Source of the DNA: Acidimicrobiia bacterium
GTDB lineage: Bacteria > Actinomycetota > Acidimicrobiia > Spongiisociales > ZC4RG35
DNA length: 64,000 bases
Assembly (NCBI GenBank): GCA_965203555.1
Contig: CBDBCY010000004.1
Coordinates: forward strand, 288,001 to 352,000
Direction of reading: 5' to 3'
Shown here: piece after piece, positions 59,450 to 64,000 of the stretch
Numbering within the stretch: the first letter of the stretch is position 1
Layout: each line of letters begins with the position of its first letter
The notes under the pieces: generated by a model
Databases searched by the model: none
The model's input: the letters and a program-made list of their open reading frames with translations, nothing else
What the model was told of the DNA's origin: nothing
Program-made: the position numbers and the translations under genes

Positions 59450-59962
59450 GTGGACCTTGAAAGACATATCCGCGCCGTTCCGGACTTCCCCAAGGATGGG
59501 ATCCTGTTTCGCGACATCACTCCGCTTTTGGGGGATCCGCCGGCGTTCCGGCACAGCATCGCCCAATTGGCGGTCCACGCCGGGGAAGTGAACGCGTCAA
59601 CGATCGTGGGTATCGAGTCGCGGGGGTTCCTGTTCGGGGCGCCGATGGCCGACCGCCTGGGACTGCCGTTCGTGCCGCTGCGCAAGCCCGGCAAGCTGCC
59701 GGCGGCTCGCATCTCGGTCCGGTATTCGCTGGAGTACGGCGACAGCCAACTCGACATTCACAAGGACGCTCTATCGGTGGGAAGGCGGGCATACATAGTG
59801 GATGACCTGCTGGCGACGGGGGGAACGGCGGCCGCCGCCACCAAGCTGGTGGAGTTGGCGGGGGGAGAAGTGGCGGGTTTGGGATTCGTGATCGAATTGG
59901 AGGAGTTGGGCGGCCGGGAGAGGATCGAGGGATACGATGCAATCAGCCTTGTCCGCTACTAG
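59450..59962 (+). CDS. apt: adenine phosphoribosyltransferase
   Basis: IR.VPDFPK.GILFRDITPL, ESRGF, RKPGKLP, LEYG, VDDLLATGGT; TACAAT -10 box 8 nt before GTG suggests a leaderless mRNA. Confidence 0.96.
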   Translation: MDLERHIRAVPDFPKDGILFRDITPLLGDPPAFRHSIAQLAVHAGEVNASTIVGIESRGFLFGAPMADRLGLPFVPLRKPGKLPAARISVRYSLEYGDSQLDIHKDALSVGRRAYIVDDLLATGGTAAAATKLVELAGGEVAGLGFVIELEELGGRERIEGYDAISLVRY

Positions 59963-60055
59963 CAGCGGCGCCGACCGCCGCCGTGGCCGGTCGACCCGCT
60001 GACCGCGGCAGTATTTGACCTCGGTCTCGATCCCCCTGGCGGAGGGCCTCGGTCA

Positions 60056-60667
60056 TCATGTCCGGCGCAGGGCGCGCCATCCGACATACCCGACCACACT
60101 CGCCGCCAACAGCACCAGGGTGACGTTCTGGTAAGGCTCAAGGAACCTACTTATGCGCTCCCAGTTCTCTCCCAGCAGCCGGCCCACGTAAGTCAGAAGC
60201 AGACTCCACACAGCGGTGCCCAGGGTGGTGAAGAAAAGGAAACGACCCGCCGGCATCCGCGTGTAACCCGCCGGAATGGAGATGATGCTGCGAACGATCG
60301 GTATGAGCCTCCCGAAGAAGATGACCGCCTCACCGTAGCGCTCGAACCACGCGGCCCCTCGGTCGAGATCCCGCTCCGAAATAAACAGGTATTTTCCATA
60401 GGCGGCCACCAGTCGCCGCACTCCCGCCTGCCTCGCGCCGTAGCCGACGGCATAAAGCGCCACGGCGCCGATCAACGACCCGGCCACACCGGCCGACACA
60501 ACCCCCCAGAACTCTAAGTCACCCTCGGCAGACAGAGCTCCGGCGAAGGGCAGCACCAGTTCGGAAGGGATTGGTGGAAAGATGTTCTCGACTGCCATGA
60601 CCAGGACGATTCCGGGATAACCAATGGTGACAATCACCTCTTGGATCCAGCCACCAAGCTGTTCCAT
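60056..60667 (-). CDS. DedA family membrane protein
   Basis: GY.GI...M..ENIFPPIPSE, F.RYG, GR.IP..RS.ISIPAG. Confidence 0.93.
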   Translation of the reverse strand: MEQLGGWIQEVIVTIGYPGIVLVMAVENIFPPIPSELVLPFAGALSAEGDLEFWGVVSAGVAGSLIGAVALYAVGYGARQAGVRRLVAAYGKYLFISERDLDRGAAWFERYGEAVIFFGRLIPIVRSIISIPAGYTRMPAGRFLFFTTLGTAVWSLLLTYVGRLLGENWERISRFLEPYQNVTLVLLAASVVGYVGWRALRRT

Positions 60668-60949
60668 GATGTATGTCACTGCGGGCGCCCCCCAGAATTG
60701 TGGCGGTCGGCGGCTCAGGAGAGTGTACAGCAAGACTTGTCACCGTTAGCGGTTAAGCCTTGGATCCATTCGCTTCCTTCCTAATTTAAAGGGCTTGGCG
60801 AGGTTTTTGTCCGGAGAAGAGACAAGGCACCTGAGGGACAGAATCGAACCGGAACCGGGGAGAGGCTCGGCTGCTTGGGAAAGTAGCTTGTGTTGCAGAA
60901 AGCGGAGAGACGCCATCTGGGGGATGCCATACCGATTATCGGACTCCCA

Positions 60950-61150
60950 GCGAGTGGTGACCATGTGACCCGCATCCGAGAGCAAGGCCAAGCTGCCCGA
61001 GAGTATGCCTCCGATCACTTCAGCCACCACAAGCCTCCGATCAGTACCAGGGCAATGTCAGACTGCGCTTGCCGGCACCCGCCAGTCATGGGAGTGGTCA
61101 TGGCCATCATGCTCGTGCCCGCTGCCGCCACGCAGCGGAAAGCATGTCAC
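60950..61150 (-). pseudogene. remnant of a CDF Zn/Co/Cd efflux transporter (CzcD/ZitB-like)
   Basis: His-rich HEHDGHDHSHD, then frameshifted, then VAEVIGGILSGSLALLSDAGHM; homology ends abruptly. Confidence 0.75.
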
Positions 61151-61656
61151 CTTTGTGCAGGGCAAGGTGCTTGAAAGACTCCGCCGCGTAATGCAAGGTC
61201 AAAAACTCCCCCTTCAGTCTCAGGCGTCGGGGCCGAGGCGTCCTTCTGGCAGGTCGTACCGGGTTATTGAATGTTTCTTCGTTCGATCGATGTCACAAGT
61301 GGAATTTGGCCCGGCGCGAGACTTCTTTCGAGTGTGTAGCGCACCTGTCACTCAACAACAGAGGATGACCTTCCACTCAAGGCAAATATCCGCGCCCAGG
61401 TCTTCAATCATTGGCCTCTCTTCAAAAATCGCCTCTTCCGTCCCGCTGTCACCACAAGTGAAGGGGCCGAGACCGGATCGACAACTGCCCCGGGACGGCA
61501 GGGACGGAGGCTGGCTCAATGACAGGCACAGCCAGAAAGAGTGGTATACAATCAAGCAAGCATCGCGTTCCCTGTTGACCGCTCTGTTATCATCAAACTA
61601 GGCGCTCTGCGCGGCAGGGCAGGGATGCCCTTCTAGCTAGAAAGGAAGAAAGATTC

Positions 61657-61995
61657 ATGGACATAACCAGCCAGCGCACAGATGGAGCGTTGATTGTTTC
61701 GGCTGAGGGTCGGGTCGACGGCGCCAATGCTCGCAAATTCCAAAAGGCAGTGGAGAATGTGATCAGCGACGGAGACAGCGCTGTGGTCCTGGACATGGAA
61801 AGCTTGAGCTATATAAGCAGTGCAGGACTGCGATCCATCCTTCTGATCGCCAAGGGACTTCAAAAGCGCAATTCCAAATTTGCCGTATGCTCCCTGCAGG
61901 ATCCCATCCGCGAAGTGTTCAGGATCGTCGGGTTCGACAAAATCGTGTCGATTTACGACTCGAAAGGGGATGCAGTAGCAGCGCTCGGCGGTTAA
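61657..61995 (+). CDS. STAS anti-anti-sigma factor (RsbV/SpoIIAA-like)
   Basis: GRVDG, VLDM..L.YISSAGLR (phospho-Ser motif), VF.I.GF; AAGGA RBS. Confidence 0.92.
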   Translation: MDITSQRTDGALIVSAEGRVDGANARKFQKAVENVISDGDSAVVLDMESLSYISSAGLRSILLIAKGLQKRNSKFAVCSLQDPIREVFRIVGFDKIVSIYDSKGDAVAALGG

Positions 61996-62007
61996 CCAAC
62001 CCGCGGC

Positions 62008-63177
62008 GTGAAAGCCATGGTGCGCCCATACAAAATCCTGGTGGTGGACGATGAACCGGATCTTGAGCCGCTCATGCTCCAGCGTATGCGCCGCCACATT
62101 CGCAAAGGTCGCTACACCTTTGTTTTCGCTCGCAATGGCGTGGAAGCACTGGAGCGACTGAATCAAGACGGAGACATCGACATGGTGCTCTCCGATATCA
62201 ATATGCCCCGGATGGACGGGCTCACCCTGCTGGAACAGATCCCGAAAGTGGACCCCAACATCCGGTCGGTGATCATCTCCGCCTACGGTGACATGAAGAA
62301 CATCCGCACCGCCATGAACCGGGGTGCCTTCGACTTCGTCACCAAGCCGGTGGATTTCAAGGACTTGCAGATCACTATCGAACGCACCTTGGCTCACATG
62401 CAAGAGTGGCGTGAAGCCCTTTCCTACCGCGACAAGCTGGTCTCTATCCAGAACGAACTGGAAGTGGCCAGCCGGATCCAACAATCCATCCTCCCGTCGG
62501 AATTCCCCGAGGACATGCGTTTTCAGGTGTACGGCAATATGGAGCCGGCACGGGACGTTGGAGGCGACTTCTTCGACATCCTGGACCTGGACAGGGAGCG
62601 CATGGGCCTGGCCATCGCGGACGTATCCGACAAGGGAGTACCGGCCGCACTCTTCATGATGTCATGCCGGACACTATTGAAAGGGGTGGCGATCGGCCTC
62701 TCCGAGCCCGGGCTGGTGCTGGGAGAAGTCAATCAACTGTTGCACGATGACAACGAGTCGTTCCTGTTCGTGACGGTGCTGTACGCAGTGTACGACCCCG
62801 GGAGCGGCGAGTTCACCTACGCCAGCGGCGGACACGACGCTCCCCTTCTGGTGCGCGCCGACGGAACCGCAGAACTGTTACCACTCACCGGCGGCATAGC
62901 TCTGGGGGTAGTCCCGGACTTGGAATACCGGCAGAACTCCATTGTATTGGAACCCGGAGACACCGTAGTCCTTTACACCGACGGAGTGACCGAAGCACAA
63001 AACACCATGGGAGAGGCATTCGAAGTGGAGGGGCTGCACAGGATTTTCGCCGGCTCCCTCGCATCCATAAACGCCCGAGAGGGTACCGACTCGGTCTTCC
63101 AGACCGTAAGGGACTTCATGGGGGAGGCTGCGCAGTTTGACGACATCACGTGTCTAACCCTTCACCGAGACGTATAA
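62008..63177 (+). CDS. response-regulator receiver + PP2C (SpoIIE/RsbU-type) phosphatase
   Basis: ILVVDDE, SDINMPRMDG, KP; VGGDFFD, IADVSDKG, YTDGVTEA, DDIT. Confidence 0.93.
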   Translation: MKAMVRPYKILVVDDEPDLEPLMLQRMRRHIRKGRYTFVFARNGVEALERLNQDGDIDMVLSDINMPRMDGLTLLEQIPKVDPNIRSVIISAYGDMKNIRTAMNRGAFDFVTKPVDFKDLQITIERTLAHMQEWREALSYRDKLVSIQNELEVASRIQQSILPSEFPEDMRFQVYGNMEPARDVGGDFFDILDLDRERMGLAIADVSDKGVPAALFMMSCRTLLKGVAIGLSEPGLVLGEVNQLLHDDNESFLFVTVLYAVYDPGSGEFTYASGGHDAPLLVRADGTAELLPLTGGIALGVVPDLEYRQNSIVLEPGDTVVLYTDGVTEAQNTMGEAFEVEGLHRIFAGSLASINAREGTDSVFQTVRDFMGEAAQFDDITCLTLHRDV

Positions 63178-63185
63178 GGAAAGTC

Positions 63186-63608
63186 ATGCTGGACATCTCG
63201 ACCTCCATTCGAATGGAACCGCAGGCGGACGAGTTGGACGCGGTCTTCGACGAGGTCCAGGACTTCGCCAACCAGGCCAACCTGCCCGAAGGCTTGGTCT
63301 TTCAGATCAAGTTGATTCTGGAGGAGTTGGCGCTCAACGTGATCAACTACGGAAACAAGGGAGGCACAGAACCCATCGAGATAGGGCTGTCGGCTAAAGG
63401 GGAGACCATAGTCCTTCAAATATCCGATGTGGGGCAGCCCTTCGATCCCATGAAGGACGCCCCGGCGCCTGACCTCACCTTGTCGCTTGAAGAGCGGCCG
63501 ATCGGAGGCTTGGGCCTCTACCTGGTGAAGACCATGGTGGACGAGATGCATTACCGGTGGGAAGACGGCCGCAATCACCTGACGCTAATAACCCGCGTTC
63601 TTGCATGA
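63186..63608 (+). CDS. anti-sigma factor Ser kinase (RsbW-like HATPase_c_2)
   Basis: L.LEEL..NVINYG, ISD.G.PFDP, GGLGLYLV..MVD. Confidence 0.9.
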   Translation: MLDISTSIRMEPQADELDAVFDEVQDFANQANLPEGLVFQIKLILEELALNVINYGNKGGTEPIEIGLSAKGETIVLQISDVGQPFDPMKDAPAPDLTLSLEERPIGGLGLYLVKTMVDEMHYRWEDGRNHLTLITRVLA

Positions 63609-64000
63609 GGCACAGGCTTTGCCTGCCCACAACACGACATCCGGCTTGGAGGCTTGTTTGCTCAGCGGTTCTTATAACCGTTTTGGGAAGCGCCTGTTCT
63701 TTGAGATCGGATCTAGATAGCACCCTCGCGCCTGCACCAGAATCTGAGTCTCTACTACCTGCGGACCTTGCTGAACAGATCGACGTGCTGTTCGGCACGG
63801 ACACCACATCCACCACCCTGGCGGAGACCGAAGAAGTCGTAGCGAGGGATGGTCCCGACGAGGGCGCAGTCCCCGGTGTCACTGATGAATACATCCTCTT
63901 CGGTCAGTCCGCCGCCTTCACCGGTCCTGCCGAGGAACTGGGCATCAACGTGCGTTATGGAATTCAGGCCGCTTTTGCCGAAGCCAATGAGGCGGGCGGG
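63605..64000 (+). CDS. ABC/periplasmic-binding-protein type I lipoprotein (LivK-like), truncated by window end
   Basis: ATGA overlap with the rsbW-like stop; lipobox LGSA-C; PGVTDEYILFGQSAAFTGPAEELG..GIQAAFAEANEAGG. Confidence 0.85.
   Translation, partial: MRHRLCLPTTRHPAWRLVCSAVLITVLGSACSLRSDLDSTLAPAPESESLLPADLAEQIDVLFGTDTTSTTLAETEEVVARDGPDEGAVPGVTDEYILFGQSAAFTGPAEELGINVRYGIQAAFAEANEAGG

Overview
High-GC actinobacterial chromosome window. The Pup-proteasome operon fixes the broad lineage, and gene style suggests Acidimicrobiia (inference; a marine or sponge-associated lifestyle is only a guess). Core blocks: polA-rpsA-coaE-uvrB (1-6.7 kb); ttuB-ttuA-trmI, ferredoxin and arc-dop-pup-prcB-prcA (28.7-36.3 kb); aroQ, ispH, der and two tRNAs (40-48 kb). 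Accessory blocks lie between them. 7-15 kb holds a catabolic cluster: NicX-like dioxygenase, amidohydrolase, atypical proline-racemase-family enzyme and a P5C-dehydrogenase-like ALDH. An island after tRNA-Leu(GAG) carries an IS256 nested in a dead IS1182-family element, a Fic gene, a helicase remnant and a lipoprotein serpin. A second accessory region after tRNA-Ile2 carries redox and catabolic genes, followed by a partner-switching module. Best signal: an AhpD/CMD-like gene (49634-50182) that the ORF track splits in two. It has an in-frame TGA at the second Cys position of the CxxC motif (C-H-Y-U), followed 11 nt later by an E. coli fdhF-like SECIS hairpin with a GGTCT loop, so it is very probably a selenoprotein. 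Other highlights: an unannotated 31-aa membrane peptide coupled to ttuB, an AroQ-alpha/beta-hydrolase fusion with both catalytic sets intact, a ZnuA with a 39-bp tandem His/Glu repeat and a Zur/Fur box, and repeated GGTTAGG boxes framing the Fic gene. No CRISPR array or rRNA was seen.
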